From contig CATNEN010000001.1 in assembly GCA_950097015.1 (NCBI GenBank), positions 26,970,001 to 27,034,000 of the forward strand: 64,000 bases of DNA, in the 5' to 3' direction. Position 1 is the first letter of the stretch; each line of letters begins with the position of its first letter. Origin of the DNA: Macrostomum hystrix. Its lineage: Eukaryota > Animalia > Platyhelminthes. Positions 35,701 to 51,710 of this stretch are shown in pieces. The translations under genes were made by a program, and so were the position numbers. Below the pieces are notes generated by a model. That model was given only the letters and a program-made list of their open reading frames with translations. It did no database searches and was not told the DNA's origin.

Positions 35701-38700
35701 TTATACCAGACAGGCATTTTGTGAGTAGCACAGCATTGAGTGAGTAGCAAGCACAGCATTGAGTGAGTAAGCAAGCACAGCATTGAGTGAGTAGCACAGC
35801 ATTGAGTGAGTAGCAAGCACAGCATTGAGTGAGTAGCACAGCATTGAGTAAGCAAGCACAGCATTGAGTAAGCAAGCACAGCATTGAGTAAGCAAGCACA
35901 GCATTGAGTAAGCAAGCACAGCATTGAGTAAGCAAGCACAGCATTGAGTGAGTAGCAAGCACAGCATTGAGTGAGTAGCAAGCACAGCATTGAGTGAGCA
36001 GGCACAGCATTGAGTGAGTAGCAAGCACAGCATTAAGTGAGTAGCAAGCACAGCATTGAGTGAGTAAGCAAGCACAGCATTGAGTGAGTAGCACAGCATT
36101 GAGTGAGTAGCACAGCATTGAGTGAGTAAGCAAGCACAGCATTGAGTGAGTAGCAAGCACAGCATTGAGTGAGTAGCACAGCATTGAGTGAGTAGCAAGC
36201 ACAGCATTGAGTGAGTAGCACAGCATTGAGTAAGCAAGCACAGCATTGAGTGAGTAGCAAGCACAGCATTGAGTGAGTAAGCAAGCACAGCATTGAGTGA
36301 GTAGCACAGCATTGAGTGAGTAGCACAGCATTGAGTGAGTAGCAAGCACAGCATTGAGTGAGTAAGCAAGCACAGCATTGAGTGAGTAGCACAGCATTGA
36401 GTGAGTAGCACAGCATTGAGTGAGTAGCAAGCACAGCATTGAGTGAGTAGCACAGAATTGAGTGAGTAGCAAGCACAGCATTGAGTGAGTAGCACAGCAT
36501 TGAGTGAGTAGCACAGCATTGAGTGAGTAAGCAAGCACAGCATTGAGTGAGTAGCAAGCACAGCATTGAGTGAGTAGCACAGCATTGAGTGAGTAGCAAG
36601 CACAGCATTGAGTGAGTAGCACAGCATTGAGTAAGCAAGCACAGCATTGAGTGAGTAGCAAGCACAGCATTGAGTGAGTAGCAAGCACAGCATTGAGTGA
36701 GTAGCACAGCATTGAGTAAGCAAGCACAGCATTGAGTGAGTAGCAAGCACAGCATTGAGTGAGTAGCAAGCACAGCATTGAGTGAGTAGCAAGCACAGCA
36801 TTGAGTGAGTAGCACAGCATTGAGTAAGCAAGCACAGCATTGAGTGAGTAGCAAGCACAGCATTGAGTGAGTAGCAAGCACAGCATTGAGTAAGCAAGCA
36901 CAGCATTGAGTGAGTAGCAAGCACAGCATTGAGTGAGTAAGCAAGAACAGCATTGAGTGAGTAGCAAGCACAGCATTGAGTGAGTAGCACAGCATTGAGT
37001 GAGTAAGCAAGCACAGCATTGAGTGAGTAGCAAGCACAGCATTGAGTGAGTAGCAAGCACAGTATTGAGTGAGTAAGCAAGCACAGCATTGAGTGAGTAG
37101 CAAGCACAGCATTGAGTAAGCAAGCACAGCATTGAGTAAGCAAGCACAGCATTGAGTAAGCAAGCACAGCATTGAGTGAGTAGCAAGCACAGCATTGAGT
37201 GAGTAGCAAGCACAGCATTGAGTGAGTAGCACAGCATTGAGTAAGCAAGCACAGCATTGAGTGAGTAGCAAGCACAGCATTGAGTGAGTAGCAAGCACAG
37301 CATTGAGTGAGTAGCAAGCACAGCATTGAGTGAGTAGCACAGCATTGAGTAAGCAAGCACAGCATTGAGTGAGTAGCAAGCACAGCATTGAGTGAGTAGC
37401 AAGCACAGCATTGAGTAAGCAAGCACAGCATTGAGTGAGTAGCAAGCACAGCATTGAGTGAGTAAGCAAGAACAGCATTGAGTGAGTAGCAAGCACAGCA
37501 TTGAGTGAGTAGCACAGCATTGAGTGAGTAAGCAAGCACAGCATTGAGTGAGTAGCAAGCACAGCATTGAGTGAGTAGCAAGCACAGCATTGAGTGAGTA
37601 AGCAAGCACAGCATTGAGTGAGTAGCAAGCACAGCATTGAGTAAGCAAGCACAGCATTGAGTAAGCAAGCACAGCATTGAGTAAGCAAGCACAGCATTGA
37701 GTGAGTAAGCAAGCACAGCATTGAGTGAGTAAGCACAGCATTGAGTAAGCAAGCACAGCATTGAGTGAGTAAGCAAGCACAGCATTGAGTGAGTAGCAAG
37801 CACAGCATTGAGTGAGTAGCACAGCATTGAGTGAGTAGCAAGCACAGCATTGAGTGAGTAGCACAGCATTGAGTAAGCAAGCACAGCATTGAGTGAGTAG
37901 CAAGCACAGCATTGAGTGAGTAAGCAAGCACAGCATTGAGTGAGTAGCACAGCATTGAGTGAGTAGCAAGCACAGCATTGAGTGAGTAGCACAGCATTGA
38001 GTGAGTAGCAAGCACAGCATTGAGTGAGTAGCACAGCATTGAGTGAGTAGCAAGCACAGCATTGAGTGAGTAAGCAAGCACAGCATTGAGTGAGTAGCAA
38101 GCACAGCATTGAGTAAGCAAGCACAGCATTGAGTAAGCAAGCACAGCATTGAGTGAGTAAGCAAGCACAGCATTGAGTGAGTAAGCACAGCATTGAGTGA
38201 GTAGCAAGCACAGCATTGAGTGAGTAGCACAGCATTGAGTGAGTAGCAAGCACAGCATTGAGTGAGTAGCACAGCATTGAGTAAGCAAGCACAGCATTGA
38301 GTGAGTAGCACAGCATTGAGTAAGCAAGCACAGCATTGAGTGAGTAGCAAGCACAGCATTGAGTGAGTAGCAAGCACAGCATTGAGTGAGTAGCACAGCA
38401 TTGAGTGAGTAGCACAGCATTGAGTGAGTAGCAAGCACAGCATTGAGTGAGTAAGCAAGCACAGCATTGAGTGAGTAGCACAGCATTGAGTGAGTAGCAC
38501 AGCATTGAGTGAGTAGCAAGCACAGCATTGAGTGAGTAGCACAGCATTGAGTGAGTAGCAAGCACAGCATTGAGTAAGCAAGCACAGCATTGAGTGAGTA
38601 GCAAGCACAGCATTGAGTGAGTAAGCAAGCACAGCATTGAGTGAGTAGCAAGCACAGCATTGAGTGAGTAGCACAGCATTGAGTGAGTAGCAAGCACAGC

Positions 38701-41700
38701 ATTGAGTGAGTAGCAAGCACAGCATTGAGTGAGTAGCACAGCATTGAGTGAGTAAGCAAGCACAGCATTGAGTGAGTAGCACAGCATTGAGTGAGTAGCA
38801 AGCACAGCATTGAGTGAGTAGCACAGCATTGAGTGAGTAGCAAGCACAGCATTGAGTGAGTAAGCAAGCACAGCATTGAGTGAGTAGCACAGCATTGAGT
38901 GAGTAGCACAGCATTGAGTGAGTAGCACAGCATGAGTGAGTAGCACAGCATTGAGTGAGTAGCACAGCATTGAGTGAGTAAGCAAGCACAGCATTGAGTG
39001 AGTAGCAAGCACAGCATTGAGTGAGTAGCACAGCATTGAGTGAGTAGCACAGCATTGAGTGAGTAAGCAAGCACAGCATTGAGTGAGTAGCACAGCATTG
39101 AGTGAGTAAGCACAGCATTGAGTGAGTAGCACAGCATTGAGTGAGTAGCACAGCATTGAGTGAGTAGCACAGCATTGAGTGAGTAGCAAGCACAGCATTG
39201 AGTGAGTAGCACAGCATTGAGTGAGTAAGCACAGCAATTGAGTGAGTAGCACAGCATTGAGTGAGTAGCACAGCATTGAGTGAGTAGCACAGCATTGAGT
39301 GAGTAGCAAGCACAGCATTGAGTGAGTAGCACAGCATTGAGTGAGTAAGCAAGCACAGCATTGAGTGAGTAGCACAGCATTGAGTGAGTAGCAAGCACAG
39401 CATTGAGTGAGTAGCACAGCATTGAGTAAGCAAGCACAGCATTGAGTGAGTAAGCAAGCACAGCATTGAGTGAGTAGCACAGCATTGAGTGAGTAAGCAC
39501 AGCATTGAGTGAGTAGCACAGCATTGAGTGAGTAGCACAGCATTGAGTGAGTAGCACAGCATTGAGTGAGTAGCAAGCACAGCATTGAGTGAGTAGCACA
39601 GCATTGAGTGAGTAAGCAAGCACAGCATTGAGTGAGTAGCAAGCACAGCATTGAGTAAGCAAGCACAGCATTGAGTGAGTAGCACAGCATTGAGTGAGTA
39701 GCACAGCATTGAGTGAGTAGCACAGCATTGAGTGAGTAGCACAGCATTGAGTGAGTAGCACAGCATTGAGTGAGTAGCACAGCATTGAGTGAGTAGCACA
39801 GCATTGAGTGAGTAGCACAGCATTGAGTGAGTAGCACAGCATTGAGTGAGTAGCACAGCATTGAGTGAGTAGCACAGCATTGAGTGAGTAGCACAGCATT
39901 GAGTGAGTAGCAAGCACAGCATTGAGTGAGTAGCAAGCACAGCATTGAGTGAGTAGCACAGCATTGAGTGAGTAAGCAAGCACAGCATTGAGTGAGTAGC
40001 AAGCACAGCATTGAGTAAGCAAGCACAGCATTGAGTGAGTAGCACAGCATTGAGTGAGTAGCACAGCATTGAGTGAGTAGCACAGCATTGAGTGAGTAGC
40101 ACAGCATTGAGTAAGCAAGCACAGCATTGAGTGAGTAGCAAGCACAGCATTGAGTGAGTAGCACAGCATTGAGTGAGTAGCACAGCATTGAGTGAGTAGC
40201 AAGCACAGCATTGAGTGAGTAGCACAGCATTGAGTAAGCAAGCACAGCATTGAGTGAGTAGCAAGCACAGCATTGAGTGAGTAAGCAAGCACAGCATTGA
40301 GTGAGTAGCAAGCACAGCATTGAGTGAGTAGCAAGCACAGCATTGAGTAAGCAAGCACAGCATTGAGTGAGTAGCACAGCATTGAGTGAGTAGCACAGCA
40401 TTGAGTGAGTAGCACAGCATTGAGTGAGTAGCACAGCATTGAGTGAGTAGCACAGCATTGAGTGAGTAGCACAGCATTGAGTGAGTAGCACAGCATTGAG
40501 TGAGTAGCAAGCACAGCATTGAGTGAGTAGCAAGCACAGCATTGAGTGAGTAGCACAGCATTGAGTGAGTAAGCAAGCACAGCATTGAGTGAGTAGCAAG
40601 CACAGCATTGAGTAAGCAAGCACAGCATTGAGTGAGTAGCACAGCATTGAGTGAGTAGCACAGCATTGAGTGAGTAGCACAGCATTGAGTGAGTAGCACA
40701 GCATTGAGTAAGCAAGCACAGCATTGAGTGAGTAGCAAGCACAGCATTGAGTGAGTAGCACAGCATTGAGTGAGTAGCACAGCATTGAGTGAGTAGCAAG
40801 CACAGCATTGAGTGAGTAGCACAGCATTGAGTAAGCAAGCACAGCATTGAGTGAGTAGCAAGCACAGCATTGAGTGAGTAAGCAAGCACAGCATTGAGTG
40901 AGTAGCAAGCACAGCATTGAGTGAGTAGCAAGCACAGCATTGAGTAAGCAAGCACAGCATTGAGTGAGTAGCACAGCATTGAGTGAGTAGCACAGCATTG
41001 AGTGAGTAGCACAGCATTGAGTGAGTAGCACAGCATTGAGTGAGTAGCAAGCACAGCATTGAGTGAGTAGCACAGCATTGAGTGAGTAAGCAAGCACAGC
41101 ATTGAGTGAGTAGCAAGCACAGCATTGAGTAAGCAAGCACAGCATTGAGTGAGTAGCAAGCACAGCATTGAGTGAGTAGCACAGCATTGAGTGAGTAAGC
41201 AAGCACAGCATTGAGTGAGTAGCAAGCACAGCATTGAGTAAGCAAGCACAGCATTGAGTGAGTAGCACAGCATTGAGTGAGTAGCACAGCATTGAGTGAG
41301 TAGCACAGCATTGAGTGAGTAGCAAGCACAGCATTGAGTGAGTAGCACAGCATTGAGTGAGTAGCACAGCATTGAGTGAGTAGCAAGCACAGCATTGAGT
41401 GAGTAGCAAGCACAGCATTGAGTAAGCAAGCACAGCATTGAGTGAGTAGCAAGCACAGCATTGAGTGAGTAGCACAGCATTGAGTGAGTAAGCAAGCACA
41501 GCATTGAGTGAGTAGCAAGCACAGCATTGAGTAAGCAAGCACAGCATTGAGTGAGTAGCACAGCATTGAGTGAGTAGCACAGCATTGAGTGAGTAGCACA
41601 GCATTGAGTGAGTAGCACAGCATTGAGTGAGTAGCACAGCATTGAGTGAGTAGCAAGCACAGCATTGAGTGAGTAGCAAGCACAGCATTGAGTGAGTAGC

Positions 41701-43551
41701 ACAGCATTGAGTGAGTAAGCAAGCACAGCATTGAGTGAGTAGCAAGCACAGCATTGAGTAAGCAAGCACAGCATTGAGTGAGTAGCACAGCATTGAGTGA
41801 GTAGCACAGCATTGAGTGAGTAGCACAGCATTGAGTGAGTAGCACAGCATTGAGTAAGCAAGCACAGCATTGAGTGAGTAGCAAGCACAGCATTGAGTGA
41901 GTAGCACAGCATTGAGTGAGTAGCACAGCATTGAGTGAGTAGCAAGCACAGCATTGAGTGAGTAGCACAGCATTGAGTAAGCAAGCACAGCATTGAGTGA
42001 GTAGCAAGCACAGCATTGAGTGAGTAAGCAAGCACAGCATTGAGTGAGTAGCAAGCACAGCATTGAGTGAGTAGCAAGCACAGCATTGAGTAAGCAAGCA
42101 CAGCATTGAGTGAGTAGCACAGCATTGAGTGAGTAGCACAGCATTGAGTGAGTAGCACAGCATTGAGTGAGTAGCACAGCATTGAGTGAGTAGCAAGCAC
42201 AGCATTGAGTGAGTAGCACAGCATTGAGTGAGTAAGCAAGCACAGCATTGAGTGAGTAGCAAGCACAGCATTGAGTAAGCAAGCACAGCATTGAGTGAGT
42301 AGCACAGCATTGAGTGAGTAGCACAGCATTGAGTGAGTAGCACAGCATTGAGTGAGTAGCACAGCATTGAGTAAGCAAGCACAGCATTGAGTGAGTAGCA
42401 AGCACAGCATTGAGTGAGTAGCAAGCACAGCATTGAGTGAGTAGCAAGCACAGCATTGAGTGAGTAGCACAGCATTGAGTGAGTAGCACAGCATTGAGTG
42501 AGTAGCAAGCACAGCATTGAGTAAGCAAGCACAGCATTGAGTAAGCAAGCACAGCATTGAGTGAGTAGCAAGCACAGCATTGAGTGAGTAGCAAGCACAG
42601 CATTGAGTGAGTAGCACAGCATTAAGTAAGCAAGCTCAATCTCATTTTCATTCAAGATTCTCGCCTGACATGGCTTCAAAGAAGGGCCTTAGCTCAGCTG
42701 AGATGGCCGCAGTGGAGGCTGTTCACCGGGCAGTTGAGTTCAACCCTCACGTGCCCAAATACCTGCTGGAGATGAAGCCTTTAATCTTGCCGCCTGAGCA
42801 TATTCTGAAGCGCGGTGACTCCGAGGCGATCTCCTACGCATTCAACCACCTGCGGCACTGGAAGCGAGTCGACGGCGCCCTGCAACTGCTGCACTGCACC
42901 TGGGAGGGAACCTTTCGCCTCATTCCCTACCCGCTGGAGAAGGGCAACCTGTTCTATCCTTATCCGCACTGCACCGAAGCCGCTGACCGCGAGCTGCTGC
43001 CCAGCCAGCACGACCTGTCCGTGTTCCCTAAGAAGGAGCTGCCGTTCTTTATCTTGTTCATTGCTGTGCTGTGCACCGTCACTGCCCTGCTGGCCCTACT
43101 AACTCACCAGTACCCAGACCATATGGGCTGGCTGTCTCGGCAGGTGCGCACTGGTTGGGGCAGGTAGTGGGTGGGACAGGCAGTGGGTGGGTCAGGCAGT
43201 GAGTGGGTCAGGCAGTGGGTGGGTCAGGCAGTGAGTGGGTCAGGCAGTGGGTGGGTCAGGCAGTGGGTGGGGCAAGCAGTGGGTGGGGCAAGCAGTGGGT
43301 GGGACAGGCAGTGGGTGGGTCAGGCAGTGGGTGGGACAGGCAGTGGGTGGGTCAGACAGTTGGTGGGTCAGGCAGTGGGTGGGTCAGGCAGTGGGTTGGT
43401 CAGGCAGAGGGTGGGACAGGCATTGCTTACACCAGCTCTCGCTACCACTGAACCGCAGGTCATCGGTTGGGTGTCAGCCCCTCTCGGCTACATCCTGGAC
43501 AAGCTGGAGGGTCTGCTGCCCGTGATGTCGCCATTGTCAGTAAAGCTGTAG
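32759..43551 (+). CDS. ST7: Suppression of tumorigenicity 7 (ST7) family protein, 7 exons, ~500 aa
   Basis: Exons 32759-32836, 33030-33183, 33276-33446, 33758-34204, 35420-35492, 42657-43143 and 43459-43551 total 1503 nt. Family signatures: [104 protein letters not shown]. Confidence 0.95.
33634..33767 (+). repeat. Two-copy 69-bp tandem duplication spanning the ST7 exon 4 acceptor
   Basis: agatctggctcc...cctgacccact...caccctcgcctgcag|tcatgcagat occurs twice, giving acceptors at 33688 and 33757. Confidence 0.92.
34365..35320. repeat. 30-bp minisatellite, ~31 copies, in ST7 intron 4
   Basis: Unit atattccacagactatttttctgtttgggg. Confidence 0.97.
35721..42635. repeat. ~6.9-kb modular minisatellite (19-24-bp variants, ~330 units) filling ST7 intron 5
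   Basis: Core gcacagcattgagt with optional gagt, a and gcaa modules, e.g. gcacagcattgagtgagta and agcaagcacagcattgagta. Confidence 0.98.
43150..43421. repeat. G-rich 16-bp minisatellite in the last ST7 intron
   Basis: Unit caggcagtgggtggg(t/a). Confidence 0.93.
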
Positions 43552-44534
43552 GCAGCAGCAGCAGCAGCTAGATGAGGGAGATCGCACAGAGCTCTGTGTC
43601 TGGCCATCTGTGTTGCAAGGTGTTTGTCAGAATTCAGTTGGACAATGGACTGAAAAGTCAGCTTATTGTGTCCCGGCTTTTGTTTCGCTTTAAATGAAGC
43701 TCCTCCCATCACAATGCCCTCTGTCTCATGCAATTTCTATTTGATTCTGTTTCTGCTTGTGTGTCAGTACTGAGGACCAATATTAGTTTGTTCCCGCTGC
43801 TCGCGAGTTTGTCTCAAAGCGGAGCACCAGCTTTTTCTAGCAATTTTCTAGTCACGTGGTCTACTATCCGTTTATGGTCAGTTGGAGAAGACCCTCGGTT
43901 CAAATTCACTTATTGCTACTGCAAGTAGAACTTTTAGCGAATGACCGTTTTTGTCGTGTTTTTGTGCAATTAAAACTTGTTTAGTTTATGTTTAAGAATG
44001 GTTTGTTAGTTTCTCAGATCCATCGTGTGTCAGTTATAATTGTCCTGTTTGAGTATACATTTATTTTTGTTCTTTTCTTCATTGTGTTGTTTTTTTCTCG
44101 ACTTTGTTGTTGTCCTTAGCCCCCCCCGAATTTCTCTTGTTATAGTCCCATGTTTTTCCCATCGCACAGAAACCAACTGCTTATCTCTATGCACAAGAAT
44201 AAAAGTGCAACATTGGGGTTCAGTGTATCCCGTGTTCGCACTTTTCCCTTCTCAGCTTGTGGTGGAATTTTCAAACATAATTTTTCAATTACCGTTGACG
44301 ATCATGCAAGCCTGTTGATAATTTAAATACCCAATGAAATACACAGAGACACTTCACGCTGATGCACTCACACTGAGAACTGACTCTGAGTCACTTGTCA
44401 GTGCAATCCTTGTATAATATTTGATTAATCCTTTGTGCGTGTCTTTTAATTGAGTACCCCCGGCTTGCACTCTGACACCCGGACCTACTGATTTTTCTTC
44501 TTGTCACTGGGTCTAATGAATGCATTCGTTTGGA

Positions 44535-45398
44535 ATCACAGTTGAAACTGATTGAAATAACAGGTGAAACTGATTGAAATGCCAGGTGAAACTGATTGAA
44601 ATCACAGGTGAAACTGCAATGCCAGATGAAACTGATTGAAATCACAGGTGAAACTGATTGCAATGCCAGGTAAAACTGATTGCAATGCCAGGTGAAACTG
44701 ATTGAAATCACAGGTGAAACTAATTGAAATGCCAGGTGAAACTGATTGCAATGCCAGGTAAAACTGATTGAAATGCCAGGTGAAACTGATTGAAATCACA
44801 GGTGAAACTGCAATGCCAGATGAAACTGATTGAAATCACAGGTGAAACTGATTGCAATGCCAGGTGAAACTGATTGCAATGCCAGGTGAAACTGATTGCA
44901 ATGCCAGGTAAAACTGATTGAAATGCCAGGTGAAACTGATTGCAATGCCAGGTAAAACTGATTGAAATGCCAGGTGAAACTGATTGAAATCACAGGTGAA
45001 ACTGCAATGCCAGATGAAACTGATTGAAATCACAGGTGAAACTGATTGCAATGCCAGGTAAAACTGATTGCAATGCCAGGTGAAACTGATTGAAATCACA
45101 GGTGAAACTAATTGAAATGCCAGGTGAAACTGATTGCAATGCCAGGTAAAACTGATTGAAATGCCAGGTGAAACTGATTGAAATCACAGGTGAAACTGCA
45201 ATGCCAGATGAAACTGATTGAAATCACAGGTGAAACTGATTGCAATGCCAGGTAAAACTGATTGCAATGCCAGGTGAAACTGATTGAAATCACAGGTGAA
45301 ACTAATTGAAATGCCAGGTGAAACTGATTGAAATGCCAGGTGAAACTGATTGAAATCACAGGTGAAACTGCAATGCCAGGTGAAACTGATTGAAATGC
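44535..45398. repeat. 22-bp (with 17-bp variant) minisatellite
   Basis: Unit caggtgaaactgattg(a/c)aat(gc/ca); higher-order blocks repeat. Confidence 0.95.
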
Positions 45399-45418
45399 TG
45401 TGATCATCTGAGCGAGGA

Positions 45419-46258
45419 ATCGGTTGTCTGTGATACAGACTACTTTAATTCCGAGGCCATTACATCACTTAAAGGTCCTCAGACTATATAATAAGCAACT
45501 TCATTGCACTCGCCTCGAGACAATTAAGTATAGAATAATACCCCCCTGATTTCGTTTCTTTGGCCTAGGAACGGCTGAGGATGCGTTTCTTGGCCGAGGC
45601 GAAGCCGAGGCCCAGAAGCGCAGTCTGAAGCCGTTCCTAGGCCATAGACAACGATTTCAGGGGGGTATTATAGTATTTAATCCTAAAGCTTGGCCCGGCT
45701 CACGAGATTGCACTACTAAAATTGTTTACAGCAACTGTGACCATAGACTATATGTTTAATCGGCCTAGGCCGTTAAATGATTTAATGACCTAACGGCCTA
45801 GGCCAGTTAAGTATATGATAATAGCCTCGAGACCATTAAATTCAGCCTCTGACTTTCTAACCACAGAATGCAAATTAAACGGCTATTATTTTATATGAAA
45901 TTCAATTGCCGAGAAAAGCCAAGGCACGGCCTTTGGGCCATAGAATACATTAGAATACACAGTTGCACAAATACACTGCCAATATGGTCCTCAAAGTGTG
46001 TCCATTAAACGATTTAATGGCCTCAAATTCTGTCCATTAAATCGTTTAATGGTCAGACTTTGGACTCCCTTCTGGCCATATAGACTATAAATTCTTGACT
46101 TCGAAGGATCCCGTTAAACGTCAATTAAACGAGCAATCGGATTTTATATCGGTTGTCTGTGATACAGACTACTTTAATTCCGAGGCCATTACATCACTTT
46201 AAGTGCCTCAGAAGACTATAATAAGCAACTTCATTGCACTCGCCTCGAGACAATTAAA
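45419..46258. mobile_element. Palindrome-rich non-autonomous element bounded by ~110-bp direct repeats
   Basis: Direct repeats atcggttgtctgtgatacagactac...cgagacaattaa at 45419-45527 and 46148-46258. Internal ~135-bp hairpin at 45537-45670 centred on ggccgaggcgaagccgaggcc. Confidence 0.6.
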
Positions 46259-46463
46259 TGCTGCCTCGGACATTCTAACCATAGAATGGCTCGAAGATGC
46301 TTATTTTCATATACTTAGTCTGCAGTGAACGAGGCGACCATTGTCTATGGTAGAAAGTGGAGATGTGCAGAATTTTGATAGAGTCAAAAATGTCTTTCCC
46401 TTCTTTATGAAAATAATTAATTTAATTTCATACTTATCACGCAAAAAGTACAAAGGCCACAGA

Positions 46464-49544
<3,081 letters not shown>

Positions 49545-49701
49545 AACTACATTGAACTATTTTCTCAGCTTTTAGATAAATCTTTACTTGCGATAATTGA
49601 TTCATTAACCACGACAGTGAAATTATTAGCCAAATTAATTTTGCTTGAGCTAACATTCACAATTTCTATGCTTGCGCAACCTGCAATTGTTTTGATAGTC
49701 G

Positions 49702-49844
49702 GGTTGAATTGTCAAAATAATAAAACTAGTTGTAAAACTAATTAAAACATGCGAGTATTCATCAGTTATTCATTAATAACCATACAGAGTTTAATCCTGT
49801 GTATGTTGGGTTTTGTTGGGAGTCGGAAAAATAATGATTAATTG
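49702..49844 (+). repeat. ~145-bp duplicated segment; second copy at 63670-63817
   Basis: gttgaattgtcaaaataataaaa...aaccatacagagtttaatc...gtcggaaaaataatgattaattg is present at both sites. Confidence 0.9.
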
Positions 49845-50979
49845 CGCCGCCTCACTTTTGCTAACATATATCTCAGCCGCTACTACTATTGAAGCGATTG
49901 CTGGGACGCCGACTTCGGTGGTAGACAATATATAACGCCTAAAATTTTTTATAGTCCAGAAGGTTAATTGCCTATATATTTGCCGCTATTTTTTTATTTT
50001 ACAAAACGCATGCCTGATCTTTGAAATATTTTACAACGATTACTGCAGACTAACAGTGGCTATAGTGTACCAGGGCTTACTTCTTTTTACTTAATTCTAC
50101 TGAATGCCACCAAAGTTGTACAGGTGGAAATTAATTATCTCACCGTTGTTATCAAAGTTGTACTGGGCTATTTTAATATTTCTACTACAGTTGACTCACA
50201 TTAACTGGTGGACCTTAAAAGGGCCGTTTTAACTTCTCAAATGGTAGCGTTTATATATGCACGAGCGGTAATTAGGCAACTGTATACTTTTCCAGCCGAT
50301 TAGGCGTCCCCGAGATTAGAGTTTAGCAGTTCCCTTCGATAATATTCTTAGTATAACTTCTGAGTATAATTCTAATTATACTTCTCACTGCTATCTTCCT
50401 TTAAAATGAATAACACAATGCAAAGCTGTCGGAAATTTATCTTTTAAACACACTTAAAACTATATTTACAAACACCTCTTGAAAAACTACTTCAACTTTT
50501 AAACTCTTTAAACACTCTCCTGAAACACTTTAATACTCTTGTACAAAGGCTTTCAGCTTTAACTCAACTCAACAATTTCAACTTCAACTCTAAAAACACA
50601 TACTTCGAAACACTCTTACAAACTCACTGAAACACTTCGAACACTTTCGAACTCTCTCGGACTCACACACAGGTTATTTTTCCAGACCAAATGTGCGGCT
50701 ATTTATAGTGAGAAAAATTAACTTTTGTTTAAACGGGAGCATTTTACATAATATTATTTATAATATGCGATTTAAAACAAAATTATTTACATACAGTATT
50801 ACTTTTGATACGGTACAAAGATAAACAAATTATTATTTTTTTGGCGCATTTTTAATTTTATTTATTTTTATAATTTTTATAATAGAATAACGTATATACA
50901 AGAGGCTAACTATTACAACTTTCCCTCTCTAAACAAAGAAATTTGAACGAAAAACAGAAAAAGAGTGAAAATTTCTTTT

Positions 50980-51648
50980 CTAAAAAGTACAGTTGTTCGG
51001 CAAGTCTTTAAAGTAGGGGAAATTTACTTGATTGAACAACCAGCGAAACTCGATATTCACCAATTGTCGTTGAAAAGTCCTCGAGTCGGCTTGCCGCAGG
51101 CGCTGTAGTTCTCGTCCGATTGCGGCGTAGAGGATTACAACCTCCGGCTGTGCCATCAGCTCTTTTAGCGCCCTTACCGCCGCCCATACTTGTGCTCGTT
51201 GGGGCAAGGCTTCGTCCAGCCTTAGGTAGGCTACTCTTGTTAAGTAGCGCAGAATGGCGAAGCGGAGCCGTTCGGCATGCTCCCCGTACTTCACCATCAA
51301 TTCTTGATATGTCAGTTCGGTTGATGGCGGTGGCGGAGGCGGCGGCAGTGCTTCGGCAGCGGGTTGACCATGCTTAGCCGCCGGCGCAATGACGATTTGG
51401 CACGTGCTTCTGGTACCCGGCGTATTCTTAGCGTGCCTCTCGACTGGTGTTACCGCCTGGGCCGCCATTACGTCTGCTCTCCTCTTGTGGGGGTCCAGCT
51501 GTCGCACCTTAGTTGGCGAAGAAGTTCGCGGCCGCTTTCCTGCTACCGGTTGAGGCCTCGTCGGTTGTCGCTCTGGTGCTGATATTTCGGCGTCAAGATC
51601 CACTTCAGGTTCTAGAGATCGCAGTAGTTCGTCCAGCTCGTTGTCCAT
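50980..51648 (-). CDS. Accessory ORF3 of the outer Gypsy element, unknown function (222 aa from ATG 51648)
   Basis: Intact ORF in the element's sense orientation between pol and the PPT. It has an acidic N-terminus, a KRPR motif, poly-Pro and a helical C-terminus; no signal peptide or TM. Confidence 0.7.
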   Translation of the reverse strand: MDNELDELLRSLEPEVDLDAEISAPERQPTRPQPVAGKRPRTSSPTKVRQLDPHKRRADVMAAQAVTPVERHAKNTPGTRSTCQIVIAPAAKHGQPAAEALPPPPPPPSTELTYQELMVKYGEHAERLRFAILRYLTRVAYLRLDEALPQRAQVWAAVRALKELMAQPEVVILYAAIGRELQRLRQADSRTFQRQLVNIEFRWLFNQVNFPYFKDLPNNCTF

Positions 51649-51710
51649 TTCTCTGCGCAAATTAGCTTTCCTTCTCAAAATTGCTGCTCCTAGATGCTGA
51701 CCCTCCCTTC

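Noticed and set aside
35522-42679. 2200-2400 aa Cys/Leu-rich ORFs in all three minus frames
   Set aside because: The satellite simply lacks stops on that strand; it lies inside an ST7 intron.
50980-51678. env gene
   Set aside because: No signal peptide, furin/fusion motif or TM anchor, and too short.
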